DNA of 64,000 nucleotides. It comes from Haliotis cracherodii. Lineage: Eukaryota. This document shows, in pieces, positions 50,175 through 63,325 of this stretch. The stretch spans positions 34,410,001 through 34,474,000 of the forward strand of contig NW_027266319.1 of the NCBI RefSeq assembly GCF_022045235.1, written 5' to 3'. The translations under genes were made by a program, and so were the position numbers. Every line of letters starts with the position of its first letter. Position 1 is the stretch's first letter. The notes under the pieces were generated by a model. It had not been told where the DNA came from. It ran no database searches and saw nothing but the letters and a program-made list of their open reading frames with translations.

Positions 50175-53100
50175 TTACAAGGGCCACTGCCATTGATTCT
50201 TTGGGGCTTCCCCAACAAGAGGCTCCCATGCTTTCCACTGTAGCATCTTCCTTGATAACATGAGCTCCCTCTCGGCCTGGAAACAGACACAGTACAAATG
50301 AAAAGGCATGAACAATCGTATCCTCACAACTTTATGTCAAAGCTGTTTGGGCTTTCTTTAGGACATGGAGTAACAAGGAGATAAATATGCAATATACCAT
50401 ACCACTATGTGCATCTGTACAGGTATGTTCTGGCCATGTGGCAGTGGTGAGATAGGGCTTAACAATATGTTCAAGATTGTTGCACTTACCATATTTGACG
50501 TAATAAGCGCCCAGGGCGCTCACAAAACTAAAAATAGGGGGCTCTTATTATAATATTATTTTGGTGAAAAAACAAAAACAGAGTTGAAAGATAAATTTCG
50601 TGGTTTATGCTGACAGCCTGATATGTTTATATACGACAGATATATTTCTCCAGAATTTAAATGCCCATAATTAAGGGTGCATATAACACACGAGTGCGCA
50701 TTATACACGAATAAATAAGTCTTTGTACATTGACCAATCGAAAGTGGTGCTAATTTGGATTGTTCACTAGCCAATATATTAGCAAATATGGCCTTGGGCG
50801 CTAATTAGAGCAGGGTGCTTATTATTATTATTCGAATAAGGTATATAGCGACATGCATGCATATGTGTGTGTGTGTGTTTAGTTGCTTGTACTAATCCAG
50901 ACTAATGTCGTATTTATAGTGCTAACCCACAGTGATATCATGCCGAAGTTTAACATGGATACCCCATTCAGACACAGTATATGGACTCCGAGACAACCAG
51001 TCATTGTTTAATTCCCTTATGCTGAGCACACGGCAGGGCAACAACAAGCACCATCTTTTAACGTCTTTTGATATGTAAGGCCCACCAGTCTTCAGCTTTC
51101 TGGGAGACACTCTATCTACTAGACCATGGAGGTGGTCCGAATATGTCAGAAATCTACTGATATGTTACATGACATTACACTGCATATCAAATTATCAAGT
51201 GATAGTCTCTACTAAACATGAACATGATAGAATCATCTAATATTGAACCAACCAATCTCTGTACTGTTCATACAACATTACTAAATAAGAATCGGTACCT
51301 GCAAAATAAGTTCTTCTACTTGTCCACCATTTATCTTCTGTTCCAGCTTGGCAACATCAGTTTCCTACAATAAATTGTTCATCAACAAAATGCAGTTAAG
51401 AAGCAGACACAAAAATAAACCTAAGACTCAATTTAAACAAGATGAGTCTGTATGTTGTTTAATACCACACCGAGCAATATTCCAGCTATTTGATTGTGGC
51501 CTGTAAATAATCTCTGACCTAAAGAAACTGATGGTTATGTTATCTAATACCATCAGAGTAGGATGAAATGCAATTAACCAATCCAATCCATTAAGTCGCC
51601 TAGCTTGTACGACATGCATAGTTTACTTGGAACCTATTCTAAACTGGAATCCCCACAGCGTTTGAGTCAGTGTCCCACTCTGAAGACATACATATGTACG
51701 AAATATTATCAACATCGGTCAAAGTCTTATTTATCAGACTTTCATACCATGAAGTTAATGTACAAAATAATAAGGATAATCCATCTCCCCATAAAGTCAA
51801 GACAAATCCAGCATGTCAGGTAACAGGTCTTCATACTTACAGTCTGCACAATATGCATTCTGTCGTTAACAATCTGTTCTGTATATTTGCGATAACCGGC
51901 ACTTGGGGGCATCTTCTGTAAAGTCCTCAGTGTCTTCTCGTACAACACTTTCAATGACTGCAACAAGGTTCATCATAATTACTTTTTCCCCCATTCTCGA
52001 TTAAAAAGCGTAGCATATTTCCATTTCATAATGATAAATACCCTAGACTATTCACCATCAAAGGCTCATTTTGAGTCCAATTCGAATGACACAACACTAA
52101 AAATAACCAACCAGTCAAACAACATGATATTGGTTACAGGCACTCTGTATAAGGGAAGTAACTATATCACAACTACTCAAATTCATGTTATTATGTACTG
52201 TCTCAAACAAAGCTGAGAATGACTTCCCTCCCCTGTCTGAATGAAACATCTTTTTCAGCTAGAAGTTTAGTCTGATTCGTAGTAAAATCGTTTATTTGAA
52301 ATATTTTGAGGGTCTCGCCCATACGAGGCTGCTATTTTGATGTTACCAGCAACAGAAATTCTGTGCGAGGTTAGCGATTAGGGAGAGGGAATCGTGACAT
52401 CACATCTGCAACAAACATATGGTGGCGTATTGGTCCAGGGTATGGAAATGACTGCCAGGTTAGCGTTTAGGGAGAGGGAATCGTGACATCACATCTGCAA
52501 CAAACATATGGTGGCGTATTGGTCCAGGGTATGGAAATGACTGCTAGGTTAGCGTTTAGGGAGAGGGAATCGTGACATCACATCTGCAACAAACATATGG
52601 TGGCGTATTGGTCAAGGTATGGAAATGACTGCTAGGTTAGCGTTTAGGGAGAGGGAATCGTGACATCACATCTGCAACAAACATATGGTGGCGTATTGGT
52701 CCAGGGTATGGAAATTCGCTATATCCTTTATTTCGTAATAAGCATGTTCATTATATCCATCGATTTGATATGATAAAATATACAGCAAATGGTCAAGACC
52801 AAAAAATCAGTTTGTTATATCCATCAGTTCATTACAAGTGTGTTATAAATGCAGTCGACTGTATATCATAATGGAATGGAGATATAACAATATGCTGAAT
52901 ATTCTAGGATATTTCAAACTTGACAGTAACTTGAACAAAGAAATTGCCTGATTTACAGCAGGCCATTGTATGATTTGACTAAATGCAAGTTTTTCCAGTT
53001 AACTGAAAGAGAATAACATACTGGCTCCATAAACATTCACTAAAACAAATATAACCTAGATACATTCCTGAGTATAAGTATTTTCTCTTTATGGTTTGGT

Positions 53101-54522
53101 AGGTTCATGTAAAAATTATCATACTTGTTAAATGTGACCAATTAAAAATGAATACATTAACCTAAGACCTTAACATGTCAATCCATGATAATGGTACAAA
53201 TTCAGTTCAATTTCCATCAGGTCAGATACACTCGTAACTCACCTGGTGAGGATGTCTGGCTACTGCAAGGCCTGTCAGCCCTGTTGTCTGCAACACAGAA
53301 TAATTTGGGTATTGTACCAAACTGCTTAAAAGATTAGACACATTTTGGCAATCAATAATCATATTGAATGTTCAGATGAATTCATCAACAGATTAATCAC
53401 TCAATTTTCTCCACCAGTAATTCAATTACTAATACAGAGTGTTTCAATATTATTTTCAATTGACACAATAAAAATTAAATGATAAATTGGGCACAAAATT
53501 GCATTAGTACTTCCCTAAATATGTAACAAGAAAATGTGTAGCTATATTTCAGCAAAAGATATTGTCCGTTAAAGTTGGTCATATATTACCTTAGATGGGA
53601 GGATATAACAGGTCTCTGGTCATACCGTATCCTCAAACTGAGGTAAAACACAGCATAGTAGCTTCATCTTTTGTTTATTCCACAAATGCCCAGAACCAGA
53701 CGTAACCCATCTCCCGAGAGCCGCGATGGGGTCCTACAGTCAAGATATGACCCTATATCATGTATATCAGTCATGTCTTAATTGTAGGACCCCATCGTGT
53801 CTCACAGCCAGTAACCTGTGTACGTGGGACATGTATATAGCACAAGATGGTGCTTGTTACACACGACTAGTGTCAAACAAAAAGTGAACCTTACATGACA
53901 GTATGTTATATAAATAGTCATGAGGTATTTGTGCTGGTATAATACAGACATGTATAATATCAGCATTATCAAATCCTCAATGTTTACTGGAGTGCATTAT
54001 CCAAAATGTCATGATGCTTTATTTATTTGTATCAGAATGAGTTTGTGTATTTATGTCGGTGTAAAATAAAATCACAAATGGGCTCTGATCTGTGTCTTAG
54101 GCCAAAAACACTCCAGAGAATGATCAGAAATTGCCAATACACCTTGACCAGTTTTAATAAGTTTTATATCCTAGGGCATTTTGTCATTTAAGCCATGTCA
54201 TAGTCCCCGGTTTTAGACGAAGCGATGCTGTCTGGACTAGATCTAAGCCTAACATGACTGTTAAATGGTAACTTTACCAATGTTCACTTAGTCTTCAGTT
54301 CACTCAACATGCATGATGTTGGCGTCATTACTCATTGACACTGTCAAGGACATTTCGTACCCCTAAATTCTCTCATTATATGCTGATCATTATGGCAGTT
54401 AACACTGGATGAGATAAACTCATAATATTAAGCAAAGCAATAATTGATGCAAATTGTTGTGTATGTTAAACATTGTCAAGTATTCTTGAGTTTCTTCTCA
54501 CCAGTTTCGTTACTCCAGCCAT
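50175..54522 (-). CDS. NDUFA5: NADH dehydrogenase (ubiquinone) 1 alpha subcomplex subunit 5, 116 aa
   Basis: Exons 54522-54502, 53287-53243, 51957-51841, 51364-51299, 50276-50175 (351 nt): [16 protein letters not shown]…[26 protein letters not shown]…[49 protein letters not shown]. Confidence 0.96.
50848..51140 (-). mobile_element. SINE family D
   Basis: Same core as the 48122 copy. Confidence 0.7.
52368..52714. repeat. 89-bp tandem repeat, ~4 near-identical copies
   Basis: aggttagcgtttagggagagggaatcgtgacatcacatctgcaacaaacatatggtggcgtattggtccagggtatggaaatgactgct. Confidence 0.95.
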
Positions 54523-55646
54523 GTCGGAAGAGTATGTCTGCGATGACTGATCCGATCTGAAGCGAGCGCGTGATCTGATTGGACCAAAATTCTTGTTTGA
54601 CTGGTTCTGCTATTTGATTTCTTTGCGCATTGATATCAATAGATGAACACTCGTCACAAAAATGTTTTCTGATTCAGTTTTAAGTTTCTTAGTTATTCCC
54701 GTTGGGTCTTTTTCGTACCTTTAAAGCTACACACCTCTTAAACGTTTGTCTTTTACTCTCCAGTTTGTAATCATCATAAATATTTGAATAATAACTATCC
54801 ATGTTGTTATAACCTGACTCTTTCTATGAAATTTGATATGCAGCTAAATGTCTAACATTACTATCGAGGGCATGTGGGCTACGGAATCACTTATCCATAG
54901 GAAAATTACTTTTTCATATGTGTACCCTTTTCGCGAACATCTAGTGTCATCACTGATTTTCAGTGATCCATTCAAATAATTTTCACCGCTATTTTGCCCT
55001 TTGCGCCACATTTATTATGGAATCTCTTTTGGGAGATAATCGAGACTGGTTATTCTCTGGCGTTAACGTTTTATATTATGTATCGATTATAAAATCAGGG
55101 AAGGTTACAATATTGAGTTACTGAATATACAAAGGCCCATTTCTGGTATCTCCAGATTGCTGGAATATTGCTAAAAGCGGCGTAAAACCATTCACACTCA
55201 CTCCAGGAATCGCAAAGAAAAATCAGGAGAACAAGTAATTAAATGCCATTTTTAAACCTTGGTTCTTATGTACACCACTTCTAAGCAAGCACCTGTCTGT
55301 CTAATTCTGCGAGGCGTCATTTGCAGATAAATTACAACTATGAATGAGGGGTTTATTATGGGTGGAGAACAATGTTTGTACAGTTGACAATTCCACCCGT
55401 AAATCACCTTATGATGTTAAACTGACGGGTGTTATCTCGTCGGGTGGTGTGGGAGAGGGGACCAATAAAAGGGAGAGGCGACATCCCTTGCCGACCGACA
55501 CACTCATGATCATATTAGTGGCACGTTCGATTTCACAGTCATACTGACCCTCCTATACGAATGGTGATTTATTTGTGACTCACGTTTCCGAACTTCGAAC
55601 TTTACAAATACTGAGAATATATATTGCCTCTGCAAAAATAAGCAAA

Positions 55647-58600
55647 ATGGCAAATAACAAATTGGCGGAGTCGTGGTACGAGAACCAGGTTGGCGTGTTT
55701 CAGCGAGAGTTGGACAAACATGGCCGACGTGGCGTGCAGTTCCTGACGCTGTCCGAGGTGTGTGAAGTCCTTGAGGCGGGAGGTTTCAGAGGAACAGAGC
55801 GGGACCTTCTGGTAAGCTGGTGCTATAAGTTGGTAGGTGAGGTTTAACGCCGCTTTGAGACGGAGATGGGATCGTTATATGAGGTTCCATAGTTCACTTC
55901 TTTCAGGGGAAGTCTTCGGATGAGGTTCTGGTTAAAGGGAGACGGTAAAATGGTAAAGTTTTACGCATGCAGGGGACCGGTTAGACTTTTTATGAGGGAA
56001 TAATTCCCATAACAGTCAACAAAATTCCAGCTATATCAAGTCGGATGTAAATAACCACGTCTGGACCAAGTACACCAGAGACTGAAAGGAGACGCGTGGA
56101 GCATCAATCTGTATGAGTGTGTGGGTTTGGTTTAACGCCGCTTTGAACAGTATTTCATTGCCTGTGTTTATTCAAGTTTCTCATGAAAACATTTAGGCCC
56201 ACGTACGAGTGGAGCGGTGGCGTTGTTAGCCGACTTTCTCCAGTGACACTTAGTGCCTCCAGTAGGCAATAAAATTACCCCGCATGGACAGAGGACAGAG
56301 GAGTTAAACAAACAGACAGTAACCTATTTATTAATTACATAGCGAGGAGCCGAAGGTGGTTTCACAAACAAACTCTCAATTCCATTGTCCGTATAAAGTA
56401 CGAGGTGTGGCTGAAAAGCTCTGGGTCGAACGACGAAGGATGTATTGTAACCCTTAACCAAACCCCCAAGTACAATACCTGACATGCTAACAAGTTGCAT
56501 TAAAACCGAATGCAGCATTCAGGCAGCATATTTCTGCAGGCATCAAAGTGACAAGGTAATCTCTGTAGATGAAAATGAACAAAAGTGGCTACCGCGCTGT
56601 CATCAAATATCTCCAAACGAAAAGGCTAACCCCAACATCCATCCATGCGGACATGGTGTCAACTTTAGGGGATGATGCTCTTATATTTGCGACTGTTCAG
56701 AGGTGGGCAGCGGAGGGGAAGAGAGGGCCTCGAAGATGTCAAAGCAGTCGAAACATCTAACATTTCCGAAGAAGAAGGGCCAGTCTGTTCCTTCAAGGTG
56801 ATAGCTTCGGTTTTTAAGGATTCGAAAGGAATACTACTGGTGGACTACCTTCAGAAAGGTCAGATAATTTATGCTGTAATCTGCTTAGGCAAGTGCGTGA
56901 GAATATCAAGGCTAAACGTCGCGTTGTTGCCCCGGGTCTATTTACATCACCAGAATGAAGCCTTCTACAACCGTGGGACCCAGGCACTCCAGAGCTTTTC
57001 AGCCACCCTCGTATAACTGGTTGTCATATCAACATGTGGAGACTACAACCAAGGCATCGTATAAGTACACCCTGCTAGGGCATAATGGTAATACACGTTC
57101 ATGTCGTTGATGCTCAGATTGCACGCATCAGTACGACTATATGTGTGTAGGAATCCCCTGTGTGTCACATAGTTAATGATGCACATAATCGGTGTAAGTC
57201 AACAGGGCGCACGGGTAGTCCAGTGGTCTCATGCGGCAAAGTTCGCTGTGAGTGAGTGAGTGAGTTGGGTTTAACGCCGCTTTTAACAGTATTCCAGTTA
57301 TATCACGGCGTGTCAGCTTAATGTGGGAGGAAAGCCCGAAGTAATGCAGGTCTCAGACGTTTACCACTTCAGTGAAACCCACGAGCACGGGTATGGACAT
57401 AACTGGAACGCTTATTGTAAGTGCAAACATACGAGGGCTGCTCAAACAGTTATAAGTCTATCTAACTTTCAACTATGGACCATAACAAAGTGAACTAGTC
57501 AATGTAGTACATTGTTTGAGTAGTTCATTGCAAGTGTATTTGTTCTGTTGAGGCCGTTTGTATATTAGTGAAAGCCAGTTGAACGTGATAGAGGTCCAAA
57601 TGGTCACAGAAATGGAAAAGAACGAGTATCAAGTTTTTTACTTTTGAGAAAAGTACTCCCCAAGAAATTCATGACCGCATGTCACAAGCGTATGGGGATC
57701 CGTGCCCTAGCTGTTCCACTGTTAAACGTTGGGCAGCTATGTTCAAGGCTGGGAGAACAAGCCTTGATGATGATCCTAGGTCTGGCCATCTCTCAACACC
57801 ATTCAATAAAGATTCATTCAAGGAGATAGAAAATCTATACTGAGGAATTACCTTTGAACTTGAGCAAGAGACAGGTCTAAGCCATGGAGACACTGAAACT
57901 GTTATTCATGAACGGTTACAGATGAATAACATATCTGCTCGTTGGGTGCCAAACTTTCTAAATTCTGATCTTAAGGAAAGAAGAAATGGGTTGAGGAGGA
58001 TTTCGTCAAATTCAAAAAGAGATTAGTAACGGGTGATGAAACATGGGTCTATCGCGATGACCTACCTACCTCTAAACTGAAAGAAAACATTAGTGGAAAG
58101 AGCTATGACGACAACGATGACCTCAAAGCTGTTTGCTAACCTTAGAACTTTTTGACCAGCCCTCGTAGATATAGAATATCATTCCAGAAGCGAATCCTAT
58201 AGATTCAGTGCGATCTTATACGAACACAAACAGAGCTTTAATAAATCATGGGTCGCGTTGAAACGAGCCTCCCAAAGGGTCATCTAATAACGTATGTACG
58301 CGCTAGTCATCTTATCCATGATTCAGACATATGGTGTCTGTATCCAAAGTGAGTGGCTAGATGTCTGAAATAATGTGAATGTGGTGTTCAATTCATTATA
58401 TAATGAAATTTATATTTGATTTTGTTGTCAATGAAACTTCATCGAGTCAATGTTTGAATTCCGGTTCGCCTCGCTTGACCCGGCTTATCAGTATCATAAC
58501 TGTACTCGAATCACACCTCCACCCACCCCCCCCCCCACCCCCCCCCCCCCCCCCTCCCCTCCCTCTCTTTCACTCACTCATATTGTGGTTGCATAGAATG

Positions 58601-61128
58601 TGTTGGGCGACATCGAGGTGGATGAAGAGGGGCATGTGTCACGTGACATCCTACTGGCGTCCATCGGGAGGATCCCCTCTATCATTATGCAGTAAGTACC
58701 CACACAGTGACCGTGACACCTCACTGGCGCCCATATGGGAGACTGTGAATAATGTCCCAGGCACTTTAAACATACATAAAAACGACAAGACCCTTTTCAT
58801 TTTCGATAGATATCTTTGCTAAAAGAATCGATTGAACAATTCCGACTACAACATGAGCATGTGTTTATGAATCACTTTCAAATAGTTTTGAAACCGGGTG
58901 CTCGCGAAAAGGTGAGCGTATCCTGCCCCACCGGTGGCACCCATAACAAACACATGCAAAGGGAAGTCAAGTGTTTACTTGCAAAAAACACGGGAACATA
59001 TGGTACAAGTCAAATTAGGGAATTGCATCGGACATCATTTTTGTCACTGGTGCTTTAAATTTGGAAATGTCCTCCACATGTCCACCGTAAACGTTTTTGA
59101 AAGCTTTACTGAGGCCTTGAATGTTGTAACCTTGATCAAACAACTTCTGAGCAAGAGTCGTATGGCTCTCTTTGAAGTCCTGGTAGAAAGAGCATGCTCG
59201 AGTGTATCTCAAAAGTTGTGAAATGTAAACACCAAAGGCTGGGGCTTCTTGAATACTGCTCGACATGAAAATAAATGCTAGGCCAGATTCTGGCCCGTTG
59301 GTCTCTCTGATACAGTCATGATTGTCGTATATCATGTCAGTTTGTGTTGTGGCATCAGTTTCTACATCGGGTAACCGCCTCCGTGGTCTAGTGGTAGAGC
59401 GTCCGACCGCAGAGCGATTCCCGGCCGCAAAAGACGTTAAAAGATGGTACTTGTTGTTACCCTGTTAGGCGCTCGGCATTAAGGGGCTAAAACAAGGGCT
59501 TGTCGTCTCGGAGTCTCGGGGGTATTCATGTTAAACTGCGGCAGGGTATCTCAGTGTGCTAGCACTATAAATCGGCATCAGTCCGGGCTAGAACAAGCAG
59601 CCACACTCACATCGGGTAAAAGCTCAAGGTCATCTGTGTGAATTCCGTTTAGAAAAGGCCATATGTAACGTATGCCTGCATGTCTTATAAGGCGTCAAAA
59701 TGAATCGGGTGATCAGATTTACTGCCTTGGTTGATTACGTATCATCCTACGCCTGGATCGTTGCTCATAATATTAATCACTTGTTGTCTGGTCAAGACCC
59801 ATTTATTTACAGGCCGCCGTCATGTATGTCGGGAATATTGCGGCGTTAAACAACAAACACACAAACATCCATACAATCAAGTTGAAGGTCATAATGTCGC
59901 TACGAGATCTCACACGCCACCAAGTGATGAACGATTCGTTGGTTGTAGACAGATGGCTCTGAGGCGGGACTTTTGGGCGTTAGACCGCAACCACAATGGC
60001 CGCATATCGCGGGAAGAGATCATGGACGCCACCAAGCCTTCCTGCCCGGTGGACCTGGCCCCCGGAAGTATCGCCGCCTTGCTCATCACGTGTGCCAGAG
60101 CCAACAAGAGAGAACTGGACTATGAGGCGTTCCTCACCACGTTCGACATCAAGGTGACGTCACAGGTGAGGTTTGCGCTGAGGGTTTGCTAGAACACATC
60201 AAGCACGGATTGAGGTTTTTGTGATTTGTGAATTCGCGGTCAGTTACCGAGTCATGATTACGAAAATACATTGCCAAATGTGTTAGTCATAGTGATGTCA
60301 TACGTTTACTGTTAATTTACCCGATTCGATCCCCACACTTCATTCCAAAAGACGTTAAAAGGTGGCACTTGTTCTTACCCTACCTGGAGCTCGGCATTAA
60401 GTGGATACAACAAGGACTAGCCGACTCAGAGTCAGTATGAAGATCTGGCTTAGAATTGGTCTTCAGAAACCCATGCATGCTTGTCGTAAGAGGCGACTAA
60501 TGAGATCGGGTGGTCAGACTCTCTGACTTGGTTGGTGCATGTCATCGTATCCTAATTGCGTGGACTGATGCTCATGATATCTTCACTGGATTGCCTGGTC
60601 CAGACTCGATTACTTACAGACCCTAATTTACAGCTGGAATATTGCTGAGTGCAGCGTTAACAGACAAACAAAAAGAGTCGTGGAGAATAGATACGGTTCG
60701 AAAGTTAATTTTCAAGGAACCATTTTATACTATACAGAGCTATATTGGTATCCAACACCTCTGGGTTCATCGTGACACTTGACCATAGACACTTATGGGA
60801 TCAATGTAGCAAGTAACAAAAGGCTTGTTTATACGGTTGTCATGACGAAAACCTAGTTCCATGACAATACGGATACAATGTGTGAAGCCCACCGTTATAT
60901 TCATACACCCTCTCTCACCCTCAGGCGTTGGAGAGAGTCTTCCTGCAACTGGACGCAGATGGGAGCGGGTATCTGACCAGGGACGAGATCTTCACGGCCA
61001 TGCGGCAGCACAGGGAACTGCGCCTGAAGCTGGGCAGGCTGGTGGAGCTCCTGATCGCCTGCTACCAGGACGACAGGGAGAGGGTTAACTACAGGGACTT
61101 TATCAAGGCTTATACCTACAGGAAGTAG
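55647..61128 (+). CDS. Multi-EF-hand (calmodulin-like) calcium-binding protein, 226 aa
   Basis: Exons 55647-55811, 58597-58691, 59949-60165, 60925-61128 in phase (681 nt). Canonical EF loops DRNHNGRISREE and DADGSGYLTRDE, plus degenerate hands. Confidence 0.85.
56399..57013 (+). mobile_element. Internally deleted mariner transposon
   Basis: TIRs tacgaggtgtggctgaaaagctctgg / ccagagcttttcagccaccctcgta (TA ends); remnants YRAVIKYL…IHADMVSTLGDDA…TVQRWAAE and KVIASVFKDSKGILLVDYLQKG. Confidence 0.9.
57250..57396 (-). mobile_element. SINE family C, 3' half
   Basis: (gtga)n…gtgggaggaaagcccgaag…gtgaaacccacgagcacgggtatgg. Confidence 0.8.
57431..58167 (+). mobile_element. Second internally deleted mariner (transposase pseudogene)
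   Basis: TIRs tacgagggctgctcaaa / tttgaccagccctcgta; decayed mariner motifs (SARWVP; IVTGDETWVY-like gtaacgggtgatgaaacatgggtctat). Confidence 0.85.
59015..59300 (-). pseudogene. Penelope-like element reverse-transcriptase C-terminal fragment
   Basis: SSIQEAPAFGVYISQLLRYTRACSFYQDF…LAQKLFDQGY…L.KAFKNVYGGH matches the PLE RT thumb motif PAYGVYISQLIRYARAC. Confidence 0.8.
59370..59870 (+). mobile_element. SINE family D followed directly by a diverged family-A copy
   Basis: 59370-59610 D head and core; ~59632-59866 A-like sequence ending gcggcgttaaacaacaaac. Confidence 0.7.
60320..60672 (+). mobile_element. Chimeric D-core plus family-A element
   Basis: D core to ~60437, then tgaagatctggcttagaattggtcttcag… through the family-A tail. 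Confidence 0.75.
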
Positions 61129-61336
61129 TTACTAGGATGACGGGTAGAGGGTTAACTGTGGGGACGTTATCAAGGCTTATACCTACAGGAAGTAGTTACG
61201 AGGACGACGAGGAGGGGGTTAAATACATGGACTTTATCAAGGCTTATACCTACAGAACGTAATTACCAGGATGACGGGTAGAGGGTTAACTATAAGGATT
61301 TCATCAAGGCGTATACCTACAGGAAGTAGTTACCAG
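61064..61336 (+). repeat. 67-bp tandem repeat x4 whose first unit is the end of the EF-hand CDS including its stop codon
   Basis: Stops recur at 61128, 61195, 61262 and 61329. Confidence 0.9.
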
Positions 61337-62134
61337 GGTGCCGTTGCGCATAACAGCTTAATCAAGCGCAACGCCTGTCGTAACTGTATGTTAAGGCATG
61401 GGAGTTTTGATCCCCTTAACGCTAAGATCGCTAAGAACGGCAGCGATGACAACAGGGAGAGAGTTGTTTGATTTATGATTTTATTGGTACCAGTTATCAC
61501 ATAAATTGGGATGGTGCTGGTGCGAACAGATTATCAGGTATCAGTATTTTGTCACGAGACATACATATATTATGTACATAAATATCCCCGTGTTATAGGT
61601 TTTCGGACACTTAAGAAACATTCGTAGTTTTCTCCCTAGTCACATGAACAACTGTAAAACTTCTCAATCACTTTTAACAGACAACTTTTTCTTAAAAACA
61701 CTCCATCATCTGAGTATATACTATATCTGGGCGTTGCTACACCACGTTATAGCGCGGGTAATCGCGAAAAACATGGCAGTTCGAAAACCTATGATCTGAC
61801 GATATATACAATGTTTACAAGATCTCTACTCATGATCATCGTTACTGTGACTATCCCGGGAAGACGTATTTCGAATGAGTTTATATGTAGTTATTAAATT
61901 GACATTAAAAGATCTTGGGTAGTTTTGTTGTTAATGAAGCAGTCTTTGTGTATTCTAAACTTTAATCTAAACCTATTATTAAACACACAATGCAAAATAT
62001 GACCAAACATGTCCAGTTGAATGTTAAATTAAAATACACCAGAACTCCAGACCAATGGAGTATGTAAGATTTTACAGCCGCTTCCTGGGGGGATCCATCG
62101 CATTAAAGTAATCCAGTATTATGGAGGTGCGTAT

Positions 62135-62357
62135 ATATTCCAGCTATATGACGGCGGTCTGTAAATAATCGAGTCTGGACCAGAAAATCCAGTGATTTAT
62201 ATCATGAGCATCGATCCACACAATTGGGATTGATGACATGTATCAACCAAGTCAGCGAGCCTGACCACCCGATCCCGTTAGTCGCCTTTTACGACAAGCT
62301 TAGTCGCCTTTTACGGCAAGTCTGAAGACCTATTCTACCCCAAAATCTTCACGGGTC
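62135..62357 (-). mobile_element. Retroposon family A (complete 5' end, tail lost)
   Basis: Minus strand starts gacccgtgaagattttggggtagaataggtcttcag. Confidence 0.85.
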
Positions 62358-62504
62358 GCGAGTGCATGGGCATGTGCATGTGCTTATCTGCAAGTCATTA
62401 TCTACATCATTTCCCTAGATGTCAAATGAACGTTTGTGTAATCTGTAAAATATATCCACTGAACTGATTTTTCCTGAACTTTCTTTGGTCTCATCGTTCA
62501 AGCC

Positions 62505-63008
62505 ATCTGCCAGACAGTATGGACCATAGTTCACACTGTCCATCTGCCGGATGGTATGGACCATAGTTCACACTGTCCATCTGCCGGATGGTATGGGCCA
62601 TAGTTCACACTGTCCATCTGCCGGATGGTATGGACCATAGTTCACACTGTCCATCTGCCGGATGGTATGGACCATAGTTCACACTGTCCATCTGCCGGAT
62701 GGTATGGGCCATAGTTCACACTGTCCATCTGCCGGATGGTATGGACCATAGTTCACACTGTCCATCTGCCGGATGGTATGGACCATAGTTCACACTGTCC
62801 ATCTGCCCGATGGTATGAATCCTAGTTCACTCTATCTGCCGGACAATATGGATCTGGTACACTCTATCTGCTGGATAGTATGGATCATACTTCACACTGT
62901 CTATCTGCCTGACAGTATGGATTGAGTTAACACTGCCAATCTGCCTGATGTGACGGATCATACTTCACACTGTCTATCTGACGGGCAGTATGGATTGTTG
63001 GTCACACT
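62505..63008. repeat. 39-bp minisatellite, ~12 copies, degenerating rightwards
   Basis: Unit ccatctgccggatggtatggaccatagttcacactgt and variants. Confidence 0.9.
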
Positions 63009-63127
63009 GGCCAAGACTGCTTCCATGGTATTGCTGGAATACTGCCAATTGCGGAGTTATCTACATTCACTTACTTACTTATCACAAACATAGGCACAAG
63101 GATCCATGAGTTTCTGAAGGATCTATC

Positions 63128-63325
63128 GTTTGGTTGGTTGTTGTTTCATGTTGCGCTTAGCAATATTGCAGCTATATGACAATGGCCAGTAAATAATCAA
63201 GTTTGGACCCGACAATTCTATGATTGAAATTATGAGCAATGACCCACACAGTTGGGGTACAATGACATACAATCAACAAATTCACCAAACCCGACCACCT
63301 GATCCATTTAGTCGTGTCTTAAAAC
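63128..63325 (-). mobile_element. Old diverged family-A copy
   Basis: gcaatattgcagctatatgac…gtaaataatcaagt…gaccacctgatccatttagtcg. Confidence 0.65.

Noticed and set aside
56399-58167. Active or domesticated transposase
   Set aside because: Both mariner copies are internally deleted and frameshifted.
58520-58563. Poly-Pro ORF / C-rich tract
   Set aside because: It is an intronic poly-C run upstream of the acceptor at 58596. It could form a G-quadruplex on the other strand, but nothing supports a function.
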